A stretch of 55,676 bases of DNA, counting the filler, from Sluysia triapertura (Eukaryota), in the NCBI GenBank assembly GCA_046118255.1. It is 4 parts of 4 records of this genome, joined end to end, with 100 filler letters (N's around TTAATTAATTAA, not from the genome) between each part and the next. Parts side by side here need not be neighbours in the genome. Positions count along the whole stretch, not along the records: positions 29,543 to 44,486 come from JBJNIA010243657.1; positions 44,587 to 55,676 come from JBJNIA010189042.1; 2 more parts are not named here. The stretch is one strand, 5' to 3'. Positions within the stretch are counted from its first letter, which is position 1. Each line of letters begins with the position of its first letter. This document shows, piece after piece, positions 39,206 through 52,641 of the stretch. The notes beneath the pieces are model-generated. The model saw only the letters and a list, made by a program, of their open reading frames with translations. It had not been told where the DNA came from and ran no database searches. Position numbers and translations under genes: made by a program.

Positions 39206-42200
39206 TTATAATTATAATTGTAATAATGTTAACCTGAGTATTATAATAATAATAATAATTATTATTATTATAATTTGTATCACTATTATTATATTATAAT
39301 CGTCATTGTGAAAATATGTTGTATGTTATTTATTGTGTTAGGCTGAGTTGAAGTTTTGCGGTTAAATTCCCCACACCCAAGTAAGAATAAACGCATTTGG
39401 TTATATTGTCAGATTTTTTAAAGATATCGTTGCAGCTTCATCGATCCATTCGGGTATACTTCATATTTGAACTTCAGAAAGTTTCTGTTGAACTTACCCA
39501 CCTTTCTTGTTATTTGTATATTCACCAGTTTTAAAAAACTTTGTTATTACAAAATACACTGTTGAAACATTAACACACATAATTTTTGATATTTCTGAGA
39601 GTTTTATAATTTTCTCTCGATCATCATTAATAAAGTTTTTCTAGTCATTTTGAGAGATTCAAATAAAACAGAAATTAGGATTAACTTTAAATGAAATCAT
39701 GATTAATAAAATTTAATAATTATACCAAAATTGAAATAAATATTGACAAAATTGAGATAATGGTGTATATCCTGTATTAATAATTTCTTATGCTTTATCA
39801 TATTTAGTCAAAGTTTTCTAGTAAAGCTTCGTGTTCATGAAGTCAATCAAAAATATATGAATATAACGCTGTATATTTAACATGTTGGATGCATCCTTCT
39901 TCAGATACGTTTTTTTGTTCTTTTGATCATAATTTGTATTATTGTTGCTCTCAATTGAGATAGTTAAAGTACTTATTTTGAACTACGAAAAACAGTTAAA
40001 ATTAAAACAAATCGAATTAATGGTGTTTTTATAATGGCATACATGAGAATAACTTGGATACCATGTTTTAATGCTTTTAAATCCTTGTGCTTTGTAGTGT
40101 CCTTATTACCATTGCAGGGATTTCCAAAATCTTAGCAAATAGGCATTACTCTATATTGAATTGTTTACCTATACTTATTATAATTCTTTTGCGATTATTT
40201 TTAATTACAAAGTGCATTATTTAATTAAACTGGTACGATTTTATAATGTCATACATTTACATAAACTTCACATAATTAACATACATTCTGAATTTAATTT
40301 GTAAAATAAAGACAAATATGACCACATAAAATGCATTATGAAATCTGTATGCATGTGTGTTTTTGTATCTGTGATGAAATATTGTTTTCTGGTAATGTAT
40401 AATGTCATACTCATGCATACAAGTATGACATACAAGTATTCAATTTGGGCAATTTGTTTAGGCGTTCCTTAAGTAATAAGCAAATAGATATTGTATGGAT
40501 TGTTGGTATGAACTGGTTAAAATTGTGAGTTTTAGTGTTATGAGTTTATTTTTTACTTATTATACGTTTTCGTTCGTTTGGTATGTTTGGTTTAGTCAAT
40601 GAGTGATGTAGCTTGTAGTAAAAGAATAAACGAAACAATTACTGTGATGGATTATATTTGTTAATTATATATATTTGCAAAATATTTAAATTAAAATAAC
40701 AAGAAAGATACAAAATAAATTAATTAATTTAATTAAAAATTGTTTTGATTTAATAATTTCATGAAATATGTCTGTACATGAGGAAATAATATACGAATTA
40801 AAGTATAATGTTAAAGTTCATCACTATTACTAATGATAAAATGTTACGTAGATGAGGTAAAAATTATTTTAATTAATTTTCTATAATGTAATGCTTAAGC
40901 ATAATCAAAGTACATATCAAATTAATTCCCACTAAGACACCAAATCATGCAGGTTACTGAAATCTTAATACTGTTAATGTATTAAAAATTATTGCATTTT
41001 GTATTTAATTGATTTAATCTTTATTTAAGTTGATGTATTATTTAAGCAGTAAACATTAATATGATAATCACGTTAAATTTTGATTTTGCTATGTTAATAA
41101 GATAAAGGGGTTGTTCGCCACAAATTGTGGGATATGATAAATTGGATGTTGACGAAAATTCGACGGAAATTATCGTCAAAATTTAATTATTAAAATTGGT
41201 CGGCTTTAAAAGACTCAAAAGAATATGTAAGTACCTGTCTAACTCCTATATTTAAAGAAATAAATAAAGTAAAAACTTCGGATTCCTATAAGAAAGGTGC
41301 TTCAATACTTTTATGGTAACTGATTAAATTCATGTGGTTAGTTAGCCTACTTTTTTATTACATTTATTTTGATAAATATGGGCATTAACATTTTGTATTT
41401 TGTGTCATCCTGGATTTTAATTATAGAACCACAATAAAATAAGATTAATCGTGAAAAGTTCTAGGTATTCTAGCTAACATAAAATTATTATATTTAAAGT
41501 GGTGTGGTAATCAAAATTTATAATTTCTTGAAGAAAATAAAAGTATAAAGAAAGCTTAACCAATAAGGTTTGGTATTGATCAGTCTCTTTATGATGATTT
41601 AAATAAAGGAATTTATCTAACAAATACGCTATAAATCAAGATTTCTATTCATAAAATTTCAATTTATAACGCCTCATGGCATTAATGGTTTATGCTTTTG
41701 ACCAAGTATTTTATATTTCTAACATAAAGCTATGGTTATTCTAACTTTAGATTGTTTTATGCCTTTTCTTTCATCTGATGAAATCGTTTTTGTAGGAAAT
41801 GCTTGAAAAAAAGTCCAGTTTCATCTATATTGAGTATAATTCCTGCCAATTTTTCAGCCATTATTTCTATGGACTGAAACATCAACATCATTCATTGAAT
41901 GTGCTTTTCCATGGAGAACTTTGACTTTCAGATTAAATCGATTTTTGAACCTATAGAGCCATCCTTTGCTGAATTGCACGTCATCAACATTTACTCTTTG
42001 TCCAAATTCCTTTGCTTTTGTAATGATAATTTCATCAGTCACGTAACCATTTATCGATCAATGTATTCTGAAGCTGAGAATGAATTTTCGAAGATTGTCT
42101 GGAATAGGTGTTTGAACTTTCACAAATTTCTGATAGCATAGATATTCCTAGGCCCAAGTTTAATTGTTTAATTTGAGACAATTCACTCAGCGACATTTTC

Positions 42201-42927
42201 TCACATTCCTTTATTGTACAAACTTTTGCCCTTTGATGAATTGTAACTTCTGTTCTTTTTCTAGCCATATGGATATTTAATTTAAATAAATTAAAATTGT
42301 AAACAAGCATAATATTTAAACAACATTAATTCGAAACTTCTAAAATTAGTAGAAATTTAATTCAAAAAAGAGCTTTCCGATTGCGGATCATGAAGATTCG
42401 GTTTAATGAATCAAATTTGTCTGGAAACGTTCGAAAATTGACGAAAAAAGTAATTTTTTTCGGACTATGAAGTTTTCGGATTATTGAAGTTCGGATTAAT
42501 GAATGTTGACTATATATAATAGTATATTTTACTAATATTTCGACAATATTAAATTATTTATTAAATTTTTGTCATTTTGCAGCATATGGTTTTAGGTGGG
42601 AATGTTTGTAATCAATTTATATGTATCGTTATTATTTCCATTATATTTTCATTAATTAAAACAATGCAAATTAATATTTTACATTTAGGTAGTCTACTTT
42701 ACTGCTATATTTCCATATGTTGTCATTGTAATAATGATAATAAATGGAGCATTATTGAAAGGATCTTTAAATGGAATAAAATTTTATTTAATACCAACTT
42801 GGGAAAAACTAAAAGATCCAAATGTTTGGGTGCAAGCAGCTTGTCAAATTTTTTATTCACTAGGAGTAGGTTTTGGCGGATTATTAACAATGTCAAGTTA
42901 CAACAGATTTAATAATAATTGTTTGCG
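34331..42927 (+). CDS. SLC6 sodium/chloride-dependent transporter (amino-acid subfamily, GlyT/PROT-like), partial; exons 34331-34498, 34675-34750, 34798-34951, 42689-42927
   Basis: Motifs GIYYNVIIAWSIYYF..SFT..LPWTDC.NPWN, PSEQYW, KGIKSSGK|VVYFTAIFPY and VWVQAACQIFYSLGVGFGGLLTMSSYNRFNNNC. All junctions are GT-AG and in phase. Confidence 0.93.
37765..39130 (+). pseudogene. Pentatricopeptide-repeat-like gene remnant nested in the SLC6 intron
   Basis: PPR-like motifs SLGFKPNIYA, LLKLFSAANLIREAFLVMD and KITPDIFTFKTMLGIISQ. Apparent short introns; stops and frameshifts in the upstream part. Confidence 0.5.
39151..39260. repeat. (ATA)n microsatellite, degenerating at the 3' end
   Basis: Read directly. 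Confidence 0.9.
39400..39768 (-). mobile_element. Tc1/IS630-like transposase N-terminal (HTH) fragment
   Basis: Reads DDREKIIKLSEISKIMCVNVSTVYFVITKFFKTGEYTNNKKGG*VQQKLSEVQI*SIPEWIDEAATISLKNL. Confidence 0.65.
41690..42512 (-). mobile_element. Tigger/pogo (CENP-B-like) DNA transposon, truncated
   Basis: Reads MARKRTEVTIHQRAKV (HTH), KAKEFG...FSKGWLYRFKNRFNL..LHG and NIDETGLF. The terminus TA-TAGTCAACATTCATTAATCCGAAC has repeated TCCGAA subterminal motifs (42397-42512). Confidence 0.85.
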
Positions 42928-43020
42928 GTAATTTGTTCATTAATTTTTATAAGCACTTTATTTTGTGATGAATCGTTGCTTCTTGTTCACTTTCAACACG
43001 AAGAATCACATGATCATTAA

Positions 43021-43510
43021 CCTTTTCGCCGTCGTTGGGACCAATTTGTCCCACTCGTATTTCTGCAAGTTTCTCAGGCTTAAGCAGGTTATGTTTTAGA
43101 GGATTAAATAAGGACAATGTTTTGCATAATCGTTTCTCTTTTAAAGTGTTTGCACAAAATTATTTCAATAATATACCACCATTTTGTGAGAAAAATATTT
43201 GAATCAAATAAAATAAGTGAAAATATTATAAAGTCTAAAGTTTTTATTACTTTTGTTAGAAGATGGCAGATTGCTTTAGAACATTCTACACACTATGTTA
43301 CGCTTTGATGGAGAATACTAAATTTACCAATTTTCACATTTTATGATATTTTATTAAAAATTCATGAAACATTATACACGTTTTATTAATTTTGAAATTA
43401 ACACTAACGCAAATGGCGACAGCTTTTTAATGGCTTTTCTCACATACATTTCACATAATCTCTCAAATAAATTTATATTCGCAAAAATGCGTTCTCCGGC
43501 GGTTAAAGGG
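43021..43510. mobile_element. piggyBac-type non-autonomous element (MITE), 490 bp
   Basis: TTAA on both flanks (43017-43020 and 43511-43514). Ends CCTTTTCGCCGTCG and CGGCGGTTAAAGGG form an imperfect TIR (10/14). Confidence 0.65.
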
Positions 43511-44486
43511 TTAAAAAAATGAATTCTGAATATAACAATATATTATCTATTTATAATTATAAGTAAATAATATAGTAAAGAAAATTTATTTATTTTCATC
43601 TTGAACAAGCATAACTGTAAGGGAAAAATGGTGCAATTGCGTACTTGAACTTGGGGTTGTTTCAAGTATACAATAAAAAGAATAAAACACCACATGGGTG
43701 GGTGCTCATGTGACTTACAGTTTAATGTGATACTTGTTCTTTTGTATTTTTATAATTGAATTTATTATTATAATGAAAAATTTATATGCACAATTTTCAT
43801 CTTAATTATTCTTGTATAATATATAATATAATATAATATAAATAACTGTGGATTCAAGTAGTAGACGTTACTTAAATTTCGTAGATTTCGATTTGAATAG
43901 TCACAGTGTTTATATTTTTGTGAGTTGTCACTAACTAATCTGCTTATTATCATTTTGGATATGATTGGATTAAAGGTATTTTAGTTCTAGTCTTTTGTAA
44001 CTTCTTAGATTAAAATTAATATAAATTAAATTAAAATTTTTTCTTTACTATTATAAAACAAATTAACAAGATTTAATTTAAACATTTTATCATTAATATA
44101 AATAGTATTAATATTTACTTTCTTAAAAATTTTTAAAATAATCTTAATAAAATAAAACTAAAACATCTCAGTAATATCTGTAGCTTTAAAAGAAAAGCAG
44201 AAAACTTCTCAAATCCTTCTTTTGATAAATATACAATACATCTTATTAGAAATACATATTATATTCAAAGAAAGTGAAGTGTACATAATGTAAGAGTGTA
44301 AATAGTTTTTGAAATTTTTTAAATAATTTTAAATTTAGAAAAAATTATAAAAATATTGTTTAATGTAAAAAAATTATTAAATTAATAAATCTAAAATAAT
44401 TATTATTATAAATAAAGAATTATAAAAAAGGAAACTTCTCGAAGGAAGTTTGTTTTACTGAATAAAATTAACAAAGATGTCTTTAT

Positions 44487-44586
44487 NNNNNNNNNNNNNN
44501 NNNNNNNNNNNNNNNNNNNNNNNNNNNNNNTTAATTAATTAANNNNNNNNNNNNNNNNNNNNNNNNNNNNNNNNNNNNNNNNNNNN
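44487..44586. other. Artificial contig linker
   Basis: 44 N + TTAATTAATTAA + 44 N. Confidence 0.97.
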
Positions 44587-45806
44587 AACGTCAACGTAAA
44601 TTTATTATAAATCTAATCAAATATAAAGCTTATTTTCAATACCTTTTGATAAATTGCACAGCACGTTAACGGTACATCACACATTAATTTCAGTAGCACA
44701 AATAGAATTGTCTCTTAATGACTATAAATTTTATATACACTTTTCTTACGTGTGCTCATTATAATACATAGAAGTTTAACTTCGTAATGAAGAAAATTAA
44801 TTAAAATTAATTCTTATCACAATTATACTAATTAGCCATCTTTCTTACACCCACTTTGTACATGGGTGACGCCTCATATATTGCAAGTGCCGTTTTCAAT
44901 ATCAAATCAAAAAAGAACTAAAACAATATTCAACTAAATGCTACAAACATTTCAAAAGTAATAGAGCCGAACCACATAAAAATAAACATAACACTCACCT
45001 TTCCCACTACTCCAATCACTTCTGCCTTTCCTTTGAAGCAAGCATAACACCCTACATCTAAATAAAAGCATTAAACCTTTATCAAAACAATATACTCAAG
45101 TATGGCTCATAAATTTTTTAAATAAGCAATAAGTTGATTAATATAACTTATGGTTTTGGCTTCCTCACCAATCTATCCTTGTACCATTCCCACACATCTA
45201 AGGAAAAACCGCCAATATGGACTTCAGAAAAATATGTCATACCCGCCATGGACTTACGCACAGATTGTAAAATCAAGTCACATCCAATTGGTCATAACCA
45301 CAAAATACTACACTAATTCAATCAGTCACGTCAATATGAGCAAAATTGCGGCAGGTAAGAATATAAAATTAAAAATTGATCACCAACACAGGTCCAAACA
45401 AAATTCAAATTAAGATGAAATGTGCTATTTTCTCCACATCTTGACAAATCATAAAGATGTATGATTTACTTATACATTCAAAACCCTGCGAACACATCTT
45501 ACATTCACAATAAAAATCCATCAACTTCCATCTGCACCCTAGATAAGATGGCAATCAAATAGAAACAGTGTAATATAATTTTTTTAATGTTTTTATTTTT
45601 AAATCATTCTCAGCAATATCTACATTTCTACAATTTGATAAAAATAATAAATCGTTATTCGATAATATAAAAAATAATTAATTAATTAAAATTCTAAATT
45701 GCCTTAAAAATTTAATATAACCAAATTGTTAATTAATGTACATTTATTCATTATTTTATAGATCACATTTTAATTTAATATAAAAAAATTAACCAAAATG
45801 TATTAC

Positions 45807-48193
45807 ATTTTTATCAATAACAGCTGAATAGAAAGTATCCTTAACAAGTGGTGAATCAACTCGAACTTGATTCAAAATATCGATTATTTTCAGCTTCAAT
45901 GTTGACCATTTACTTTCAGGTACATATAATCGACTACAAGCGCTACATTTTTGACCTGCATATTCAAAAGCACTTCGTACTGTCGACACGGCTACATCAT
46001 CCATATTAGCAGTATTATGAACAAAGTGATAATTTTTACCCCCACATTCTGAAATATTATTTAATTATATGCTGATTATTATTGTAAATAGATTAAAATA
46101 TAGAAAAAACTTATGCAAACTTTGCATTGATTTATTTTCAATAAGTCATTTTTAAATTTTGTTATCATTTATATCATTGTTACTCTTTATAAGTTTTATA
46201 CATACATATATTAAGCAATATTTTTAATTTTTTATTGTTAAAAATTTAAATTCGACTTAACATGTTTTTTAATTATGTTAAACTTCATAAAATGGACTGT
46301 CTGGAACTCGAATCCAACGCATCTCCCTGCACAATCCGACATTCTTATCACTGAGACACTAAAAGAATCCTACAATTATACACTTTCTTTAATTAGCACA
46401 TTTTATGATTTTATATTTGTTTTATTTTATGTAAAAAGTAATTTAGTATATTTGCGTAATGACATTACTCTTATTACTCTTATTCGTAAATTATCAGTAC
46501 TTTCTTTTATGGTGTGAATTCTACTTTTGCTTTATGTTTTTATGTAACAAGAGGCAAAATTATTTAAAGTAAACAGAAAAGTTACTTCTGTTCAATCTTT
46601 CTAAACTTCTTTGAATTTCTAAAATTCATTATGCAGCTTTCTTAACTACTTTATTTTTTAAGATTTATTGTAGATTTCAATATTGTGAAGGATAGAACTA
46701 AAGCTACTAAGGCTCAAGTGAAATTAGATAAGTTTGTATAAAATAAATTCCACTTATAATGTAATATTGTTATACTTGGAATTACAGAAATTTAAATTTT
46801 AATACTTTGTGTGCTTCACTATAATTATTCCTATAGGTAATTAAGTTTGATTCATGAGGTGTAGTGTACTAATCACTTCATGAACAGCTTTTTTATTTTA
46901 TATGGATTATTTGAAGTTATATCCCATTATTTCAAGACACAACCTTCACATGATCTCTATCCTACAAATAAACTTGGTAAAGAAATAAATTATATGAAAT
47001 AAAAAAAAACTAAATGCGTAAACATGGTGTCACACAATACTCACTTGCATAGAAAATGACAAAAGTTGAGCAAAAAAATTCAAAAAATATCTATTCATCA
47101 AATAATATCAATCTGATTCTTTCAATTGCTTACATTATATAACTTACATATTTTTACTTCATAAAATTCTGATTTTTTTCCGCCAATAAATATTCATTAA
47201 CACAGGATTTGATATTCCACGAGCCTTTTGAATATACTTTCTTTAATTAAATGATCTAGATGTTTGAATAAATGATAAACTGTATGATGAAGATCAGAAG
47301 ACTATGCAGAATTCACCATTATGTGGGGATATCAGAGTAATGCACTTCCTGAAACCTTTCACAATATCTCTGAACCAATAGTAGAGTTACAAACTAAATA
47401 ACTAAAATAAATAGTACTACAAATAGATAGTTCATAAATTCATGTTAATAAAATACCTTGATTCATCATCCTTGTCCAACTACTACAGAGAATAATTTAA
47501 TTATTTTCTTTATTTTTTTGTTCAATTTTACAATTATTGGCAATCACTTAATTTATTCTTTAACAATTTGTTTCTTGTGATTACTAATTATAAATTTTGA
47601 TTACTAATTAAAAGTGTGTCGAAACTTCTCAAATCGAACTTTGTGGATTGCCTTTTCAAATACAATCTTAAAGAATCTGTCTCTTCGTAATCCCTAACCT
47701 TTTGATTTGTCACTTACTTTACTTTCTATTGCTGTCACTGAATTTTTTAAATGCGAAAAAATAGTGCAACACTTTATCGAAAACTGATAAGGTAGACACA
47801 TCACACACATGCAATTATGGTAGCGAACATGTTAAGACAAGCGTACGTATATTGTTATAAGGTAATCTTGACTTATTTAAGTAGGCGGTAATACACCAAT
47901 TAGATTATTTTTAGTTCATTGTAAACAAATTCTAGTGAGATTATTTATTTATCAATCATGTAAAACAAAGTAGATGATTTTTATTTATTACAAAAACCAA
48001 AGTCTGATTCTTACTGAAAACATTTTCAAATTTTAATAAATGAATTTTAGAAACCATATTCAATATGATATTGCCTGAGTATAGGTAGTATCATAAATAA
48101 TTAGTAAAAATGAATATACCTCCAATCATTCGTGGATACGAAACATATTTATGAATATTGGATCCCACCAATTGCAATAATGTTTGATATGTC
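45807..48193 (-). CDS. ALDH4A1: Delta-1-pyrroline-5-carboxylate dehydrogenase, partial; exons 48193-48120 and 46048-45807
   Basis: Reads TYQTLLQLVGSNIHKYVSYPRMIG|ECGGKNYHFVH...RSAFEYAGQKCSACSRLYVP...FYSAVID, containing the catalytic Glu and Cys motifs of P5CDH. Confidence 0.93.
46291..46362 (-). mobile_element. tRNA-derived SINE head or tRNA pseudogene
   Basis: Minus strand has an A-box-like GTGTCTCAGTGATAAG and a B-box-like GGATTCGAGTTCC at tRNA spacing; stems are degraded. Confidence 0.45.
47090..47720 (-). mobile_element. Decayed mariner transposase in the ALDH4A1 intron
   Basis: *SSDLHHTVYHLFKHLDHLIK resembles the mariner YSPDLAPSDYHLFKHLD motif. C-terminal KSEFYE and N-terminal RFEKFR remnants are in the expected order. 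Confidence 0.55.
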
Positions 48194-50810
48194 CTGAAAT
48201 ATTTATTTACAATCACGAAACGAAATGTGATGATTAATAAAAATCAATTAAATTTTTAATGCTCGTATTCCATTTTATGTTAATAAAATAGTATTTAATT
48301 CTTAGGTTAGAGTACAAAGACGAATAAGAGAGAATTATTGATAGAAATATCAAAATAATTTCTAAAGTCTGATTCATGATTCATAAAATTAGAAATGACA
48401 ACGATTGTAATATAATATTATCTATTGACGAGGATGAAAAGGCGCTTTATTAACGTTCTATTATTTTTATTCTATGCATTTACATCAAAATAGTAATATT
48501 ACTTGCAACAGTGGTTTCAAATTATTCTTTGTTAAAATTTATATTTAAAGCAATAATTAATGGAATTAAGAAATTACCATAAATACTTACTCAAAAAAAT
48601 TCAATTATTTTAACATGTAATATCAATGAACGGAGTCAACTTTCCATGCACTGTCTCTGAATTAATTTTGTTATATTCATATAAACAAGTATATTTGCTG
48701 TAGTGGTTCACCTATTTCAATAACGAAAATTCATTTCGAACGCATATCAAAATATATTCCACACTTGCCATTATATCATCGTATGGATATCACACATATA
48801 CATAGATTCAATGCCTTAATCCTATAAAATACTATAGCATACAAAAAATCATAGCCTAAAAGTAAATATTATCATTATTGTTCAACATTATCATCATATT
48901 ATTGTTATTACATTTCTCCTATTATGCAACATTACTGTTTCCTTTTCATATTACGCAAATCACAATGTAATCTATTAACCCCTTGAGTCCTGAATTATTT
49001 GAATTTTTTTAACTTATTGAACCTATTTAATTTTACTGCAATATCAGGAATACATTTATTTTATAAACTTAATATATTTTATGAACAAAATATAATTTTA
49101 TTCAGAAAACAAGTAAATGAGTAAGACAAACAAATGTTTGTTAAATTTTAATAACTTTGATTATTCATATCTTTGGTTGTAATGTATATTTGATTTTGCT
49201 ATGTATAATTTTTAAGATTACAGAAAAATTATCTCTATTAATTAAAATCTTTTCATCACTTAATTTATATGATAAAATACTTTTAAATATTATAAACAGT
49301 CTTACATTTAATGAAGTTTAATTTCATAAGATATTCACTAAAAAGAATAACAAAATGAATAAATAATTTATTTATAATAGTAAAAATTTTATGATTTAAA
49401 TTTCTGTCTTTGTTGTCTTTTCCATGAACATATTTGGAGCGGATATTTTTGATAGTTCTAAAAAATTTTAAAAAATAATCAGAGATAAAAAGGATTATTA
49501 TATGAAAGTAATTAAACATCACTATTACCTGCAAGTCGCCATAGCTGACGCCTTGAACTGGAATCACAATAGGAAAATGCCTCAGAAGACTTGTATCCAT
49601 GATTCCACGCATTTGTTGTCAAGAGTTCGGACCAGTTAAAAAATGATTGGTAGGTGATGTTTGATTAATTGTTTTCGGCTTAACACAGAAGTTATGACAT
49701 TAAATAGCTGCTGTACATGATTTAACTGTTTCGAATTATTATATTTACTTTGTTTTAGGAAATCATATCTCCTTATTGCATAGAAATCTATCGAGGCGTA
49801 AACAACTTGAAAATTTTCTCTTTCACAGATATCAACATTACAACATCTAATTAATTCTTTATTTAACTATCTGTACATGATATTAAGTACATATTGAGAA
49901 TATCTAGGGGATATGTTGTCGTTTTCATAAATATTCTGAATTCTTTTTCAAACCGTCTACTTTTGATCAGCGTAGTTACGTGAAGAAAATTAATTTCAGA
50001 AGTTGCTGTCATGTCTTGTAAAGTCAGGATACTAACGAAACAACGTGTTTGATTATTGACTATCAACATATATATTCTATCTTGATAAAGATAACTATAA
50101 TTACAAATACTGTGCAGATTAAAACTTTGTAGCGCATTATTGATGAAATAAGACCTAAATGTATACATTTAATCGGAATAGATACTATGGCCGGTGGATG
50201 GTATATGATTGTTAATGTTGGATGGTACCATCGCAAAGTTATATCTTTGGGGTGTTAAAGTATTCGTTTATTATTAGATCAACATCAATATAAATTTTAT
50301 TAATATTATTTAGTTTAAATTCGTTTGTATTTCGATTAACTTTCAAATCTTTATACCATTTTTCAAACACAAGATTACAAAATTTAAAAAAAAAGAAACT
50401 CATGAATGATAATTTATTATTATTTATAAAAACTAAGAAAATGTATTTTGATGTTATATTCCTATTCTGGTCACAGAGTCCTGTCCTTGAGCGAATGTCT
50501 AAAATAAAATGTGAATTCAAATTGTAGAAGGAATAAATAATAATAATAATTACATCATGGTGCTTGGAAGGCCGATGGATAGCCATTCTAGTAGAATAAT
50601 TATTATTTGTCCAATAAAAATTTGAGTGCGATACTAAAGTCGTGCCATCGATACTCACTTTATTGTCATTATCACGACTATGCAAAGTTTGTAAAATTGC
50701 CGATGTTACATTTTGATCCTGGGGCAGTACGCAATTAACATATTCAGTTTGATTTGAATTAACTTTAATATTTGTCTTGTAATACCAAAATTCTGATGTA
50801 TCTAATGATT

Positions 50811-51497
50811 TTAAGATCGATCCATAATTATGAACATGAAATTAATGATTATATTGTCATCGTCGAGATGAATAAGATAACTTGTCGAATGCTGGAAAGA
50901 ATTACTACGAACATTTGTTTCTTCCTTCATATTTAATGTAAAATAAAATAAATAATTACCAAGTGGTATTAATGATTCATTATGAAAAGTGAAATAACGG
51001 AATAAATGTAGATCATATGCTAAAACATTATGTCGTACTACATCGTTTAAGTTTTCTTTGTTACAGCCGTAGTAATTAAGAAAATCGATTAAGAAAATCA
51101 TAATTCCATTGAAATTATTCATTCGGATTAGTGTAATATTACACCTTTGTTCTCTAAACATATTCTCTTCAAGTAATTGAAAATTAAAAAATATAATATA
51201 TCTCATTGAAACGATCCTTATTAGTAACTGAGTTTGTTCCTTGATAATTGATAAATGATCATTACATATATTAATTAGATCTGCTGGTTCAAAACTATAA
51301 ATTTGAATCAATTTTCTTTTATGTCCCAAAACTGAAACTTTGTACTTCGAATTGTGTATAGTAATTTGACAACATAACTTCGATAGGGTATGATGTACTT
51401 CAAATAACTTATTACTTTCCTTAACTAGATGACGAAATGATGCAATCAATTCGATTAGATAAATAAGTTTGAAATTAAGCTGTAATCTGCTATCCAT
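50811..51497 (-). CDS. Orphan ORF, 228 aa, followed by broken ORFs to ~49500
   Basis: ATG-started open frame with TATA and CCAAT boxes 60-90 bp upstream. No recognisable domain. Confidence 0.45.
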   Translation of the reverse strand: MDSRLQLNFKLIYLIELIASFRHLVKESNKLFEVHHTLSKLCCQITIHNSKYKVSVLGHKRKLIQIYSFEPADLINICNDHLSIIKEQTQLLIRIVSMRYIIFFNFQLLEENMFREQRCNITLIRMNNFNGIMIFLIDFLNYYGCNKENLNDVVRHNVLAYDLHLFRYFTFHNESLIPLGNYLFYFTLNMKEETNVRSNSFQHSTSYLIHLDDDNIIINFMFIIMDRS

Positions 51498-51559
51498 TTG
51501 GTTCTCATTATACTTTTTAATTGCAACTTTTAATTGTGGTCATTGCACACAAACTCTGA

Positions 51560-51639
51560 TATATAAGTTAACTTCTCTTAGTCGTCCAATCAAAAAGACT
51601 TTCATGTGTAAAATCAGTGTAGCACTGATTGGACGATTA
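51560..51639. promoter_or_regulatory. TATA box plus an inverted pair of CCAAT boxes
   Basis: TATATAAG at 51560; TAGTCGTCCAATCA (51579-51592) versus TGATTGGACGATTA (51626-51639). Confidence 0.5.
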
Positions 51640-52641
51640 AAATTAAATTATTCTATTGTGACGAGGCACCAAAATTTCATTTTGATAAAGTAACCACTAT
51701 CAATGACAAAATTATAATAACAATAACACTAATAACCGTAGCAATATTAATGTTATTATTGTTATTGTTGTTAATACATAAATTCTTGAATCTTCCAAAC
51801 GAACTTCCTTTCTTTTCTTTACTTGTTCTTAAAGCATTTTGAATCAATTAAAGTAAAAAGTTGAGAAAATCGAGTATAAAAACTAATGTTAATATAAATG
51901 CATAATTTCTTATACTTTTGTACATGATCTTGCTTTTGATATCTTAATAATTCTTAACATATTATCAGTTAAATATATTTGAAGCTAAAGTCTTTAGAGA
52001 AAGATTAGTTTACATGAATTTATATATGTGATTGACGTTTGGAGTTCTGTTAATAGTTTTCATGTTGTTTAGTGAAACTGAGAATGTTAGAATGGATTTT
52101 AAATGGTGGTTTAAGTTCTTGATTGAGAACGACATTTGAGCATTGGAAAATCGTGATTAAAAGACCTATTGAGAAAAGTGTAATTTAATGAATGGGAAAG
52201 GTAAATTCTAGTACTACTCTTATTATATTTAAAAGGTTATTGTACGCTATTATACGTGGTTTATTTTCTTGTTTTTTTGAGTGTTATTATCTTACGTAAT
52301 GGAAATGATGTATTTAAGGCTTTGTAATTGATTCGAAGGTATAGAATGAGTAAATTCGAATGTAGATGCTTTTGGTTGCTATGAATGTCAAGTAACATGT
52401 TTTTTTGGTGGATATGTTGGGTGTGATTGTGATTTATATGTTGTGGAATTGTAGGTATGAATTGATTTTAGTAGGTAAACTGTTTTATGAGTATAATTTC
52501 CTTCATAATTCTGGGAATTAAATTTATTATTATCATAATTATTCATATCTCTTCTTAATTTTTGGCTTTTATCTCCTTTTTCTTCATTGTCACTTATACA
52601 ATCAATATTATTCTTATTCTTTTTATACTTATAGAAACGTT

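Noticed and set aside
40020-40445. hAT/BED-finger remnant with ATGTCATACT/AGTATGACAT inverted repeat
   Set aside because: Protein similarity is too weak by eye and no TIR pair or TSD could be defined.
42577-42912. 111-aa ORF as an independent gene
   Set aside because: It is an alternative frame overlapping the SLC6 exon 42689-42927.
49530-49680. BEL/Pao fragment (NHFLTGPN)
   Set aside because: A single short motif with no supporting flanking similarity.
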